From contig JAUVAY010000001.1 of the NCBI GenBank assembly GCA_030591505.1, positions 1 through 53,762 of the forward strand: a stretch of 53,762 nt of DNA. The letters run 5' to 3'. Numbering within the stretch: the first letter of the stretch is position 1; each line of letters opens with the position of its first letter. This document shows, in pieces, positions 43,961 to 53,639 of the stretch. Made by a program: the position numbers and the translations under genes. The notes beneath the pieces were generated by a model. The model saw only the letters and a program-made list of their open reading frames with translations. It did not search any database and had not been told where the DNA came from. The DNA is from Flavobacteriales bacterium (GTDB lineage: Bacteria; Bacteroidota; Bacteroidia; Flavobacteriales_D; JAHECK01).

Positions 43961-44779
43961 CTATTTTATAACATTGAATCTAAGCGTTGTCATTTGATCA
44001 TTATTATCATAGATTGTTGCAATATATAGGCCGTTTTCAAAATCATTCAGGGCTATTTTAATAGTAGATGTACTTGTTTCAATATTTTGAACCAATACTT
44101 TCTGTCCTGATGTATTAAAGATCTCAACCAGTTTGATCGTGCTGCTAAAATCATTTATTTCAAAATTGATGAAGTCCTTTGCTGGGTTTGGAAACACATT
44201 CGCATTTAATTCAGAATTATAATCATTAATTCCAGTTGTACACTCCATGGCTGTGGGTGTAAACCCTTCCGCAATCAATGCATCCACAAAAGTCATGTAA
44301 GAACTAACTGGCCATATATCCAAATTCAATATAGTATTGTCTGGGCCAATTAAGCAAATTGTTGGGTAGGCTGCCGGATTAAAATTAGTGTTGACAAGTC
44401 CTGCGTCACCATCACCACTTACAATTGGACATGGAGCAAAATCTCCACCATAATTGTCTTCATAAGTTTGAACGTAAGCATCGTCATCTTGTCCTGTGTT
44501 CATACTCACACAAAAGATATCTCCTTCATTACAACCATAGATTTCGTGCAGCTCATTAAAATGGGGAGCTGTTGACTGGCATGGTCCGCAATCAACAAAG
44601 AAGAAATCAATAAATACGTATTGACCTGTAGAAGTGATATCATACAGGTTAATGCTTTCTTCATCAATAGTGGTCACGGTAAAATCATCAACAACATCAC
44701 CAACAGAATAATTAAGAATCTGAGCATTGGCTACGCTGATAGTAAAAATTAGTCCAACAAAAAGTAATAGTTTTTTCAT
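43961..44779 (-). CDS. Thioredoxin-fold (TlpA/redoxin-like, CGPC) protein with T9SS type A sorting domain
   Basis: Signal peptide, FFFVDCGPCQ active site, and a C-terminal Por-secretion tail (NVFPNPAKDFINFEI ... GLYIATIY ... FNVIK). Confidence 0.75.
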   Translation of the reverse strand: MKKLLLFVGLIFTISVANAQILNYSVGDVVDDFTVTTIDEESINLYDITSTGQYVFIDFFFVDCGPCQSTAPHFNELHEIYGCNEGDIFCVSMNTGQDDDAYVQTYEDNYGGDFAPCPIVSGDGDAGLVNTNFNPAAYPTICLIGPDNTILNLDIWPVSSYMTFVDALIAEGFTPTAMECTTGINDYNSELNANVFPNPAKDFINFEINDFSSTIKLVEIFNTSGQKVLVQNIETSTSTIKIALNDFENGLYIATIYDNNDQMTTLRFNVIK

Positions 44780-44974
44780 AGTGTTTTATTTAAATGTGAG
44801 ATGAAATATACAAATAGCTGCACTAATTTAATCATGATAAACACAGATTAATTACAACTCTATTAATTAAATAGAAGAAAACGATCAATTGGAATTGTTA
44901 AAATTGATACTAAACTTGAATTGGTTTCATCTAGGAAAAACTACTTTTACGCCTTCACTCTAAAGCACAAAAAC

Positions 44975-47002
44975 ATGAGCAACCCTTTGCTAAATAAATG
45001 GAATACACCCTTTAATACGGCTCCTTTTTATAAAATTAAAAATGAACATTATCTCCCGGCAATAAAACAGTCGATTGATGAGGCAAGAGAGGAAATAAAT
45101 GAATTAAAAGCTGTTGAAAGTGCCAACTTCCAAAATACTATCGTTGCTTTAGAGGGAAGTGGAAAACTACTTGACATTATCAGTTCTGTATTCTTTAATC
45201 TACACTCAGCAGAATCGGATGATGAGTTGAGAGACCTTGCACAAGAAATTAGTCCTTTACTTACACAGTTTTCTAACGATATTATGCTTGATGAAGAACT
45301 TTTTCTTCAGGTAAAAACTGTTTTCGAAACGACTGACCAAACTCAACTCAACGAGGGAGAAAAAATGCTTTTAAACAAAACCTACAAGAGTTTTGTAAGA
45401 AACGGAGCACTTCTTAATGAAAAAGATAAAGAACAACTGCGAGAGATCGATCAAAATTTAAGTAAGCTTAAATTGGATTTTGGGAATCACGTTCTGGAAG
45501 AAACACAGCGCTTCGAAAAACACATTGAAAATGAAAAAGCTTTAAGTGGCTTACCGAAAAATGCTATTATCGCAGCTGCAGAAGAGGCAAAGTCTAGAGA
45601 AAAAGAGGGTTGGGTTTTTACCCTTGATTTCCCTTCTTATCAAGCGATTATAAAATACTCGGACGACAGGGACTTACGAAAAGAAATGTTTCTCGCTTTC
45701 AATTCAAAGGCTTTTAAAGGAGATTCTCTCGATAATAAGGAGATCGTTTTATCTATTGCCAAGCTTCGCTATCAGCGTGCTACCTTATTGGCTTATACAA
45801 GTCATGCTCATTTTGTTCTTGAAGAACGAATGGCAAAAAGCCCCGAAAAAGTGACAGAATTCCTTCAGAAACTATATGATAAAGCCCTGCCGATAGCACA
45901 AAAAGAAATTCAGGTATTGGCTGACTTTGCAAAAGCACAAGGCTTCGATGGTGAGTTACAAAGCTATGATACGTCTTTCTATGCTGAAAAATTGAAACAA
46001 TCCCTCTTCAGTATTGATGATGAGGTTTTAAAACCTTATTTCTCGTTAGACAAGGTGATAGATGGTGCCTTTAATACAGCAACCTTATTGTATGGAATCA
46101 CTTTTAAGGAGCGTTTCGATATTGATAAATACCATCCCGATGTAAAAACCTATGAAGTAATTGATAAAGACGGAGCGCTTTTATCTGTTTTTTATGCTGA
46201 TTATTTTCCAAGAAAAGGAAAACGAGCGGGAGCTTGGATGACTTCCTTTCAAGAACAGTACAAACAAAAGGGCATCGACCACCGACCTCATATCTCAATC
46301 GTGTGTAACTTTAATAAACCAAGTGGGGAGAATCCTTCTCTTCTTACTTTTAATGAAGTAACCACTCTCTTCCATGAATTTGGACATGCCTTACACGGAA
46401 TGCTTTCTAAAACAGAATTTAAAAGCTTAAGTGGTACAAATGTTTATTGGGATTTTGTTGAACTTCCTAGTCAAGTGATGGAAAACTGGTGTTTTGAAAA
46501 AGAAAGTCTAGATCACTTTGCAAAGCACTACAAAAGCAACGAGCTAATCCCTGAAAAATTAATTGATGGGATAAAGAAAAGTGCGAATTTCATGGAGGCA
46601 ACTGCCACCTTGCGTCAATTAAGTTTTGGTTTTCTTGATATGGCATGGCATGGTGATTCAGCTATAGAAGAAGTAACAGATGGTGTGGCTTTAGAAGAAA
46701 ATGCAATTAAAGGATCCCGATTATTTCCTAAGATTGGAGACACTAATACTTCTTGTCAGTTTTCACATATCTTCTCAGGTGGTTATTCTTCCGGTTATTA
46801 CAGTTATAAATGGTCTGAAGTATTAGATGCTGATGCTTTCGAGTACTTTAAAGAAAAAGGAATCTATGATCCTGAAGTGGCTGAGCGTTTTCATCTTCTT
46901 CTTTCTTCTGGTGGGACAATTGATCCTGAATTATTATATCGGGATTTTAGAGGCAGAGATGCTTCTGTAGATGCCTTATTAAAAAGAGCAGGGATCTCAT
47001 AA
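44975..47002 (+). CDS. dcp: M3-family peptidyl-dipeptidase / oligopeptidase
   Basis: HEFGHALH zinc motif and M3 length and architecture. I preferred ATG 44975 (MSNPLLNKWNTPF) over the TTG at 44921. Confidence 0.85.
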   Translation: MSNPLLNKWNTPFNTAPFYKIKNEHYLPAIKQSIDEAREEINELKAVESANFQNTIVALEGSGKLLDIISSVFFNLHSAESDDELRDLAQEISPLLTQFSNDIMLDEELFLQVKTVFETTDQTQLNEGEKMLLNKTYKSFVRNGALLNEKDKEQLREIDQNLSKLKLDFGNHVLEETQRFEKHIENEKALSGLPKNAIIAAAEEAKSREKEGWVFTLDFPSYQAIIKYSDDRDLRKEMFLAFNSKAFKGDSLDNKEIVLSIAKLRYQRATLLAYTSHAHFVLEERMAKSPEKVTEFLQKLYDKALPIAQKEIQVLADFAKAQGFDGELQSYDTSFYAEKLKQSLFSIDDEVLKPYFSLDKVIDGAFNTATLLYGITFKERFDIDKYHPDVKTYEVIDKDGALLSVFYADYFPRKGKRAGAWMTSFQEQYKQKGIDHRPHISIVCNFNKPSGENPSLLTFNEVTTLFHEFGHALHGMLSKTEFKSLSGTNVYWDFVELPSQVMENWCFEKESLDHFAKHYKSNELIPEKLIDGIKKSANFMEATATLRQLSFGFLDMAWHGDSAIEEVTDGVALEENAIKGSRLFPKIGDTNTSCQFSHIFSGGYSSGYYSYKWSEVLDADAFEYFKEKGIYDPEVAERFHLLLSSGGTIDPELLYRDFRGRDASVDALLKRAGIS

Positions 47003-47006
47003 ATAA

Positions 47007-47588
47007 ATGATCCTTTCTTTATATACAGGCCTCATTCTTCTCTTCTTTATTTTGGCATTTGCAGTAAAAAACGTCAAGACATTTCTCTCCACAGGGGTAT
47101 CAATAAGGGGTAAATCAATTAAGTTAAGTCTTTCTATTCTTCTAAGTACGTTGCTTTACGTTCTTATTGGTTTACGAATTGTATTCATGGACTCAGCTAC
47201 AATTTTCGAAATTGAATCTCTACAAATAAAAAGTGCGAGATCAATAGGTCTTATTCTAGTAGGTGGAGGTTTTCTTCTAGGAGTCGCTGCTTTAATTCAG
47301 ATGAAAGATTCCTGGCGAGTGGGAATCAAATACGACCAAAAGACAACATTGATCACCAGTGGAATTTATCGCATTAGCAGAAACCCCTATTTTCTCTCAT
47401 ATAATGTGTTGATAATGGGCTACATATTCATCTTTCCGTCGCCATTATTGTTTTTTCCTTATCTACTATTGGTTTATGTATTTCATAAAATGATCTTGGA
47501 AGAAGAAAAGTATTTAGAAAACACACATGGTGATTCATACTTTAGGTATAAAAAGAAAGTGGGTAGGTATTTTACAAGTAAGATCTAA
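47007..47588 (+). CDS. ICMT/PEMT-family membrane methyltransferase
   Basis: 193 aa with about 5 TM helices and the SGIYRISRNPYFLS core. Confidence 0.55.
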   Translation: MILSLYTGLILLFFILAFAVKNVKTFLSTGVSIRGKSIKLSLSILLSTLLYVLIGLRIVFMDSATIFEIESLQIKSARSIGLILVGGGFLLGVAALIQMKDSWRVGIKYDQKTTLITSGIYRISRNPYFLSYNVLIMGYIFIFPSPLLFFPYLLLVYVFHKMILEEEKYLENTHGDSYFRYKKKVGRYFTSKI

Positions 47589-47618
47589 CTTCTATTGCTT
47601 AAGACTTATAGTCTTCGA

Positions 47619-47659
47619 CTGAGCCTTCGCATAGCTTCGGCGAAGCAAGGCAAGCTCAG
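47619..47659. other. GC-rich nested hairpin in a convergent intergenic region
   Basis: CTGAGC-CTTCGC-atagcttcg-GCGAAG-caaggcaa-GCTCAG. It is preceded by the small hairpin AAGACT-tat-AGTCTT (47601-47615). Confidence 0.6.
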
Positions 47660-47750
47660 ACAGACATGTCAGGGAACGTACAGACATGCAGCAGGTAGCT
47701 TATTCACAACGAACGACAGGGAGACAATTAGCTCTATTCTTCTAGGCTCT

Positions 47751-48890
47751 TCATTTCTTTATCGAGTCATTCGCCTCTTTCAATAAAATCAACACTTGAT
47801 AAGAAAGATCAGTAAAGAGAATTTTAGCGTTAGCGTTTCGATCGATATGATTCCTTGCATCATTGAATAAGGTGATGTAATCCTGAAGGTTTAGGTGATT
47901 GACAAAAGGAGCGAATTTTTGCATAAAAACGCGTTCATCTCCTTTAATTGTTACAAGGTCTTCTGCGCCATAATTATTCATTGCGCACTGTCTTATTAGA
48001 TGAATCGCGTATTTAAGAAAGTCTTTTTGATGTGCTCTTCCTATTTTGGATATATCATCAACCCAAGAAGAAACTCCTTTTATATCCTTCTTAAAACAAT
48101 ACCTCATCCAATCTCGAAAATGGAGAAAATTGCTATTGTTTTCTCCTGCTGATAAAGCAAGACTTCTAGCTAAAAAATAATTCCCTTCGGTCATTGAAGC
48201 TAAATTAGCTGCCAAATGACGTTCTGTTTCAAATTCCTTGATCAGTCCGAAAGAAACGTCCTCATCCTTTAGGCGAGAAAGTTTAACCAATTGAGTTCGT
48301 GACAAAATTGTAGGTAATAATTGCTCAGAATCGTTAGCAACCAATATTATAATTGTCTTATCTGGTGGCTCCTCCATGGTTTTAAGCAGCTTATTCGCTG
48401 CAGACCCATGCAACCTTTCCGGCATCCATATCAAATAGGTTTTATAACCACCTTCAAAAGATTTTAGCGAAAGTTTTTTTATGATCTGGTTACTTTCATT
48501 TACAGGAATAATTCCTTGCTTGTCTTGATGACCAAGGTGCTCATACCAAGCCAATAAATTAATATAAGGGTTTTCTAAAATTGCTTCTCTATATGAAGCG
48601 ATGTAATTATCAGCACTATCATTGTCTCCAGATTTTATAAAAGGAAATGAAAAATGAAGGTCAGGATGAGTTAGATGTTCAATTTTTCGACAAGAAGCGC
48701 AACTACCACAAGAGTCATCTTCCTGCTTATTTTCACAATAAATAAATTGAATATATGCCAATGCCATCGCTAAATTTCCGCTCCCTTCGGTTCCTAAAAA
48801 CAGTTGAGCGTGGCTTATTCGTCCGTCATTTACAGACTGCCTTAACTTGTCCTTAACCTCTTCCTGACCAATAACTTCTTTAAACAACAT
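47751..48890 (-). CDS. holB: DNA polymerase III subunit delta'
   Basis: ISHAQLFLGTEGSGNLAMALAY and the zinc module CGSCASCRK, with an AAA+-like clamp-loader layout. Confidence 0.8.
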   Translation of the reverse strand: MLFKEVIGQEEVKDKLRQSVNDGRISHAQLFLGTEGSGNLAMALAYIQFIYCENKQEDDSCGSCASCRKIEHLTHPDLHFSFPFIKSGDNDSADNYIASYREAILENPYINLLAWYEHLGHQDKQGIIPVNESNQIIKKLSLKSFEGGYKTYLIWMPERLHGSAANKLLKTMEEPPDKTIIILVANDSEQLLPTILSRTQLVKLSRLKDEDVSFGLIKEFETERHLAANLASMTEGNYFLARSLALSAGENNSNFLHFRDWMRYCFKKDIKGVSSWVDDISKIGRAHQKDFLKYAIHLIRQCAMNNYGAEDLVTIKGDERVFMQKFAPFVNHLNLQDYITLFNDARNHIDRNANAKILFTDLSYQVLILLKEANDSIKK

Positions 48891-48942
48891 CCTTCATAAA
48901 AATATAGACTGCTTAGGTTTTAGCTAGCAGATGATGACTTAT

Positions 48943-50544
48943 TTATTCAATCAATTCAATTTCCCATGATAATTCAACATCCCAATTTGAACGCACTTTC
49001 GCTAAGTTCGGAAAATAAACAACCGGCTCAGGTTGAATCATTTCATCATACTTTCCGGTGTCCCATTTCCCATTCCCATTTAGATCCTGAATCAATCTAA
49101 AACCATATTCTTCAGGTCTTAAATAGCTATAAATAAGTAATTTACTTTCCTCTATAAATTCTTCCTGAATTACTTTTTTTTCTTTATCCAATAGCTGAAC
49201 AATAAAAGGTGGCTTCATATCTCCAACGTTAATGTTCAATTTTATCTTACCATAAAAGCTTTCTTCTTGAGAGCCGAATTTTAACTCGTAAATATCGTTT
49301 CCACTATAGTAAAAATCAGTAAAACTACCCAAACCTGCTACTAAATAATACTTTTTTCCTTCCTTCCATTTGTAAGGGATTCTTAATTTAAGATGTAATG
49401 AATCCAAAAAGTAGGGCTCGATTTCAACTTCTAAAGAATCTTCAAAAAGGGTAACAAAAGAAAATTTCCATTTAGTGATCGGATTATTAAATTGTAGATC
49501 CAGTGATTTATTAAGATCCACGTCGCCCTTAAGGTTTGAGCTAATCGTTAAGATGGGCGGGTTTTCCATACTAAAAATTGGAATAACTTCCATATTTGTA
49601 GTATCAATAAAGCTTGTATCGTCTTTTAAGATCAATAAAAAAGAATCTTCATAGTCAGGAAACCAAATATTGAGAGAGTCTTTACCTTCAGTAATTTCGG
49701 TCAAGTATTCGTCTTTTTCAAAGACTTCATCTACTAAGTTTATCTCTAAATTTTTAAAAGGTTTATTAAATGTGTAATTCAATTTTCCATAGGGTTCTAC
49801 TTTACGACTCAATACATATTGCAATTCATTCTCCTCATTAAAGATATTCATGTCAACACCAACAATACTGCTATCAAGGTCAATGAAATCATTTAGAAAA
49901 CCGATCCTCTCGGCTGGTAGGTCGTATAAATAATTCTGATTCATATCTTCTAATGCAAATATTTTATACCTCCCTTCTTTAATGTTTCCAATTGTGTATA
50001 ATCCATTCTCATCACTAATATCAAAATAGTTAGGAAGAGATGTTAGAGGCATTGAATCTTCCAGACTTCTATACATTAAAACCACCATGTTTTCAATGGG
50101 TTCTTTTGTATAGGCGTCAATTATTTTCCCGGAAACCGACAATGAATCGATATAGGAACCTGTAGAAAATACATAGGTGAAGTTTTTTAGTTGATTTTTT
50201 TCGTTGTAATCTACAATCGCATTCCCGAAATTAAAGGTGTATGTCGTGCTATCAAGAAGATCATCCTTATCAAAGGCAACTGTTACTTTTCTTTTATGGT
50301 ATTTAACCTCCGGAGATCCTTTCATCGGTGGGGAAACAATTAATTGACCGTAAATATTTTCCAGGTTTACAATTTCATCAAACTCCAATTCAAATCCACC
50401 TTGATCAAAATAAATTGTTCGTAACGGAGGGATGCTTTTTTTCAGTTGAGGTGGTGTTACATCTTTGGCTCCACCGGTTGGTGAAACTACATTAGCGCAA
50501 GACCAACAAGATAAAACACATAAAACAACAAAAATTCTTCTCAT
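48943..50544 (-). CDS. Ig-like (SbsA_Ig/Big_5-type) domain lipoprotein
   Basis: Lipobox SCWSC and VSPTGGAKDVTPPQL, typical of the N-terminus of Bacteroidetes Ig-like lipoproteins. Confidence 0.55.
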   Translation of the reverse strand: MRRIFVVLCVLSCWSCANVVSPTGGAKDVTPPQLKKSIPPLRTIYFDQGGFELEFDEIVNLENIYGQLIVSPPMKGSPEVKYHKRKVTVAFDKDDLLDSTTYTFNFGNAIVDYNEKNQLKNFTYVFSTGSYIDSLSVSGKIIDAYTKEPIENMVVLMYRSLEDSMPLTSLPNYFDISDENGLYTIGNIKEGRYKIFALEDMNQNYLYDLPAERIGFLNDFIDLDSSIVGVDMNIFNEENELQYVLSRKVEPYGKLNYTFNKPFKNLEINLVDEVFEKDEYLTEITEGKDSLNIWFPDYEDSFLLILKDDTSFIDTTNMEVIPIFSMENPPILTISSNLKGDVDLNKSLDLQFNNPITKWKFSFVTLFEDSLEVEIEPYFLDSLHLKLRIPYKWKEGKKYYLVAGLGSFTDFYYSGNDIYELKFGSQEESFYGKIKLNINVGDMKPPFIVQLLDKEKKVIQEEFIEESKLLIYSYLRPEEYGFRLIQDLNGNGKWDTGKYDEMIQPEPVVYFPNLAKVRSNWDVELSWEIELIE

Positions 50545-50548
50545 ATCA

Positions 50549-51022
50549 TTAAATCATCTCAACTAATAACTGCAAATAATGGGCATCAATTTCATCAAAA
50601 GTATTGACCTCGTTATGATCAATATCAAAAACGGAAATTACTTCCTTTTCATTACTAATTAGCGGAATTACAATTTCTGATTTAGATTCACTACTGCAAG
50701 AAATATGCCCAGGAAAAAGAGAAACATCATCAACTATAATTATTTCTTTTTTCTCCCATGAACTTCCACAAACACCCGTCCCTTTTTTAATTCTTGTACA
50801 CGCAATAGGCCCCTGAAAAGTTCCCAAAACTAATTCATCTTCAATCACATGATAAAAGCCTATCCATAAAAAGTCGAAAGCTTCTTTAATCGCAGCACAT
50901 AAGTTAGATTGATTTGCCAATTGATTGTTCTCACCTGAGATCAATGCCTTTACCTGAGGAAGTAGCTGCTCATATCTCTCTTTCTTTCTGAGGTGTTTAT
51001 CAATCAATAGATTTTCAGGCAT
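50549..51022 (-). CDS. GAF domain protein (free methionine-R-sulfoxide reductase-like)
   Basis: The GAF core includes ...GPIACTRIKKGTGVCG.... I used the start MPENLL at 51022. The 213 aa long form overlaps the 3-HAO gene and translates a repeat element. Confidence 0.7.
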   Translation of the reverse strand: MPENLLIDKHLRKKERYEQLLPQVKALISGENNQLANQSNLCAAIKEAFDFLWIGFYHVIEDELVLGTFQGPIACTRIKKGTGVCGSSWEKKEIIIVDDVSLFPGHISCSSESKSEIVIPLISNEKEVISVFDIDHNEVNTFDEIDAHYLQLLVEMI

Positions 51023-51119
51023 GTGGAGTGAATGCATGAATGATTGAGTGATTAAGTGCAGTGTCCTTTGAAGCTTTACCGCGTTCGCTTGCAGCTTTAG
51101 CGGTTGCGAAGGGTATAAG
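51021..51119. repeat. Composite intergenic element: C-depleted GAATGA-rich part (copy 2) plus GC-rich palindromic part
   Basis: 51021-51063 contains 2 C in 43 nt and includes TGAATGCATGAATG. The reverse complement of 51064-51119 (CCCTTCGCAACCGCTAAAGCTGCAAGCGAACGCGGTAAAGCTTCAAAGGACA) resembles the 47619-47664 hairpin. Confidence 0.55.
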
Positions 51120-51644
51120 CTATACAAAGCGCTCATCCACCTCCATAACACTTCCGCATTTATTACACGTTCTAAGCTCTTCTGATGCATAAAACCGCTC
51201 GAAAACAGGTAAAAAATCGTTTTCTATACTTTTCATAGGAAAATATTCTTCATACAGTTTATTATTACAATCATCACAAAACCACATTAACCCATCTTTC
51301 TCGCCGCTTTTCCTTTTAAGTTCTATTACTAATCCAATGGTGTTTTCAGGTCGAATCGGTGAGTGGGGAATTAAAGGAGGAAGCAAAAAGATATCTCCTT
51401 CTTTGATTGGAACATCAACTGATTTACCGTTCTCTTGAATTTTAACTAAAATGTCTCCTTCGAGCTGGTAAAAAAACTCTTCGGACTCATTGAAGTGATA
51501 GTCTTTTCGAGCGTTTGGACCGCCAACTACCATTACAATAAAATCAGCATCTTCATACACTTGTTTATTCCCAACAGGCGGCTTAAGCAAATGCCGATGC
51601 TCATCGATCCATTGCTTAAAATTAAAAGGACGAGTAATAGCCAT
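51120..51644 (-). CDS. nbaC: 3-hydroxyanthranilate 3,4-dioxygenase
   Basis: 174 aa cupin protein: FNFKQWIDEHRHLLKPPVGNKQV ... HFNESEEFFYQLEGD, plus a C-terminal CxxC...CxxC rubredoxin-like site. Confidence 0.85.
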   Translation of the reverse strand: MAITRPFNFKQWIDEHRHLLKPPVGNKQVYEDADFIVMVVGGPNARKDYHFNESEEFFYQLEGDILVKIQENGKSVDVPIKEGDIFLLPPLIPHSPIRPENTIGLVIELKRKSGEKDGLMWFCDDCNNKLYEEYFPMKSIENDFLPVFERFYASEELRTCNKCGSVMEVDERFV

Positions 51645-51666
51645 AGTTCTTTTTTTAATTAACTAT

Positions 51667-53502
51667 TTATTCAATGATCAAGCGCTTCACTGCGTACGAT
51701 CGATCATTTTTATTGATCATTTTAACCAAGTAAATACCTGAAGGTAAGCCGGCTAAATTGACATCTAATATTTCATCGCTTAAGATACTCATTTCCTTAT
51801 TCCAGACTACTTGCCCGGTACTTGTAATGATATCAATCGAATAATCAGCTGAAAGCGACCTATTTCGAATAGAAAGCTTACCACTACTTGGGTTTGGATA
51901 GATCTCAAAATTAAGAGCAATTCTTTCTTTGATTCCTGGTACTACGCCGCCACATGAAATGCTAATATTCCCATTATCCGTCTGGGTATTATCAGAACTT
52001 TCGCCGCAAGCTCCTGCTTCGTTAAAACCAATAAATAAAGAGCCGTCATAAGGAGCTACAAATGTAATTAGACAAGATTCTGCCCAGGCGATAATATTTC
52101 CAAGCGTATCGCTAATTGCAATTTCAACAGGCCAAGAACCTGCTCCTTCTCCTTCACAAACGCTTACTGCATATTCAATTCCTTCCTGAAAATCAAATAC
52201 TTCATAGCTTTCCGAAGCCCAAATTGAAATAACATCGAGTGTATATATTGGGCATACACCTGCGGTATCTGGAAATGGCGCTCCTCCAAATTCGCTGTTA
52301 AAATCTCCATAAGGACCTCCTAGCCATATAGTACAGGTATCAGGTTGTGGTACCGTACTACAAGTTGTAGCAGTAATATTCATTGTATACTCTTCAAAAC
52401 CTCCTAAGCTTGTTTCTGCTACAACGGGGTAGTAGTAGGTTCCTGCAGGAAGGTTCGTATATATCATCGCTTGATTTCCATCCGCACAATCGGCACTTTG
52501 AAGTTCCCCACTCTGAAAAATATTTTCAAACGGACACTCATCAAAAAGACTGGAAAAAATAATATCTGGAATGGGGTTTGAACTACAAAAATCGATGCTT
52601 ACGTCCGCACAAGTATCAATACTAAAAGCCTCCCAAACATGGGCGGCTCCCATAAAATTCTCATCTGTGGCGTTTGTTCCGTTTCCACTAACATTCGTGG
52701 CAAATCCATCCACGATTACAGGACTAATAGTGGCACCCACGCACTCATTGTTGGGTGGCAATACAATCGGCTCAACAGTATTAACCCATACAGAATATTT
52801 TCCCCATGAATTGTTCCAAGTTCCACAATGAACATAGTAGGTCCCGGCAGCTAATTCTTCTGTAATAATATAAGACATCCAATCTGCACCGCTAATATCT
52901 TCTGAACAATAAAGCTCAGTATAGATTGGTGTATCGCTTTCACATCCGCTAACCTCATATAGGGCTATATGCGAATCATTACTGGTTACGGCGCTAGTAA
53001 TAATTTCTATTCCAGAAGGTTCTGTTAATTCAAATAAATACCATACATCTCCTGCTAAATGGTTTCCCCAGCAACTTGCCTGCGGTCCAAAAGGAATCGC
53101 ATAAGTATTATCAACTAAAACAGAATCACCATCTAAAGTAATCGTGTCTGCATCGCATGTGAAATTGTTACTTGGTAATGTAATAAACTCAAGGGCACCT
53201 AAGCTACTCGTATCTCCATCACAGATTGCCCATACATAATAATCATAAGATGTTAAGGCTTCCAGTCCAGTCAATGAATATTCTTCTATTTCAAGACTAT
53301 CAATGCGTGTTCCTGCACCTATCTCAAAACCATCAAGGCCCCATTCTAATCCCCAATATAATTCAGTTCCTCCAGCTGTCCAAGATAACTGAGCAGAGTT
53401 TGAGGTCAGATCGCTTGCTTGCAGACCCGTTGGTTGATCGCATTGAGCATTAAGAAAAATTGGAAGCTGAATTGCTAATAGTATTGTAAAAATAAATTTC
53501 AT
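51667..53502 (-). CDS. T9SS type A sorting domain-containing secreted protein (N-terminal FN3-like domain)
   Basis: Signal peptide, CDQPTGLQASDLTSNSAQLSWTAGG FN3-like start, and C-terminal YPNPSSGKLSI ... GIYLVKM tail. Confidence 0.8.
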   Translation of the reverse strand: MKFIFTILLAIQLPIFLNAQCDQPTGLQASDLTSNSAQLSWTAGGTELYWGLEWGLDGFEIGAGTRIDSLEIEEYSLTGLEALTSYDYYVWAICDGDTSSLGALEFITLPSNNFTCDADTITLDGDSVLVDNTYAIPFGPQASCWGNHLAGDVWYLFELTEPSGIEIITSAVTSNDSHIALYEVSGCESDTPIYTELYCSEDISGADWMSYIITEELAAGTYYVHCGTWNNSWGKYSVWVNTVEPIVLPPNNECVGATISPVIVDGFATNVSGNGTNATDENFMGAAHVWEAFSIDTCADVSIDFCSSNPIPDIIFSSLFDECPFENIFQSGELQSADCADGNQAMIYTNLPAGTYYYPVVAETSLGGFEEYTMNITATTCSTVPQPDTCTIWLGGPYGDFNSEFGGAPFPDTAGVCPIYTLDVISIWASESYEVFDFQEGIEYAVSVCEGEGAGSWPVEIAISDTLGNIIAWAESCLITFVAPYDGSLFIGFNEAGACGESSDNTQTDNGNISISCGGVVPGIKERIALNFEIYPNPSSGKLSIRNRSLSADYSIDIITSTGQVVWNKEMSILSDEILDVNLAGLPSGIYLVKMINKNDRSYAVKRLIIE

Positions 53503-53590
53503 CTCTGGGTATTTTTTTCCAAAATAAGGCCTTTAGATACTAATACACAAAAATGTAAGATAAAAGAATGTTCTTTTAATTTTTTGCATG

Positions 53591-53618
53591 AAAAAAGGCG
53601 GGCCAAAGCCCGCCTTTT
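53591..53618 (-). terminator. Intrinsic terminator (GGCGGGC-CAAA-GCCCGCC flanked by A6/T4)
   Basis: A perfect 7 bp GC stem. In minus sense it is followed by T6, and it lies 22 nt downstream of the partial CDS stop at 53640. Confidence 0.8.
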
Positions 53619-53639
53619 AATAGGTTATTCATTAACTGA

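Noticed and set aside
47595-47786. 63 aa ORF in the ICMT/holB spacer
   Set aside because: It translates the GC-rich hairpin block and overlaps the holB 3' end. It has no protein-like features.
50549-51190. 213 aa long form of the GAF-domain gene
   Set aside because: The extra 56 N-terminal residues overlap the 3-HAO gene by 71 nt and translate the intergenic repeat element. The GAF domain begins after MPENLL (ATG 51022).
51120-51644. 3-hydroxyanthranilate dioxygenase as part of a local kynurenine/NAD gene cluster
   Set aside because: No other kynurenine-pathway genes flank it in this window. An isolated nbaC-type gene is unremarkable for this phylum.
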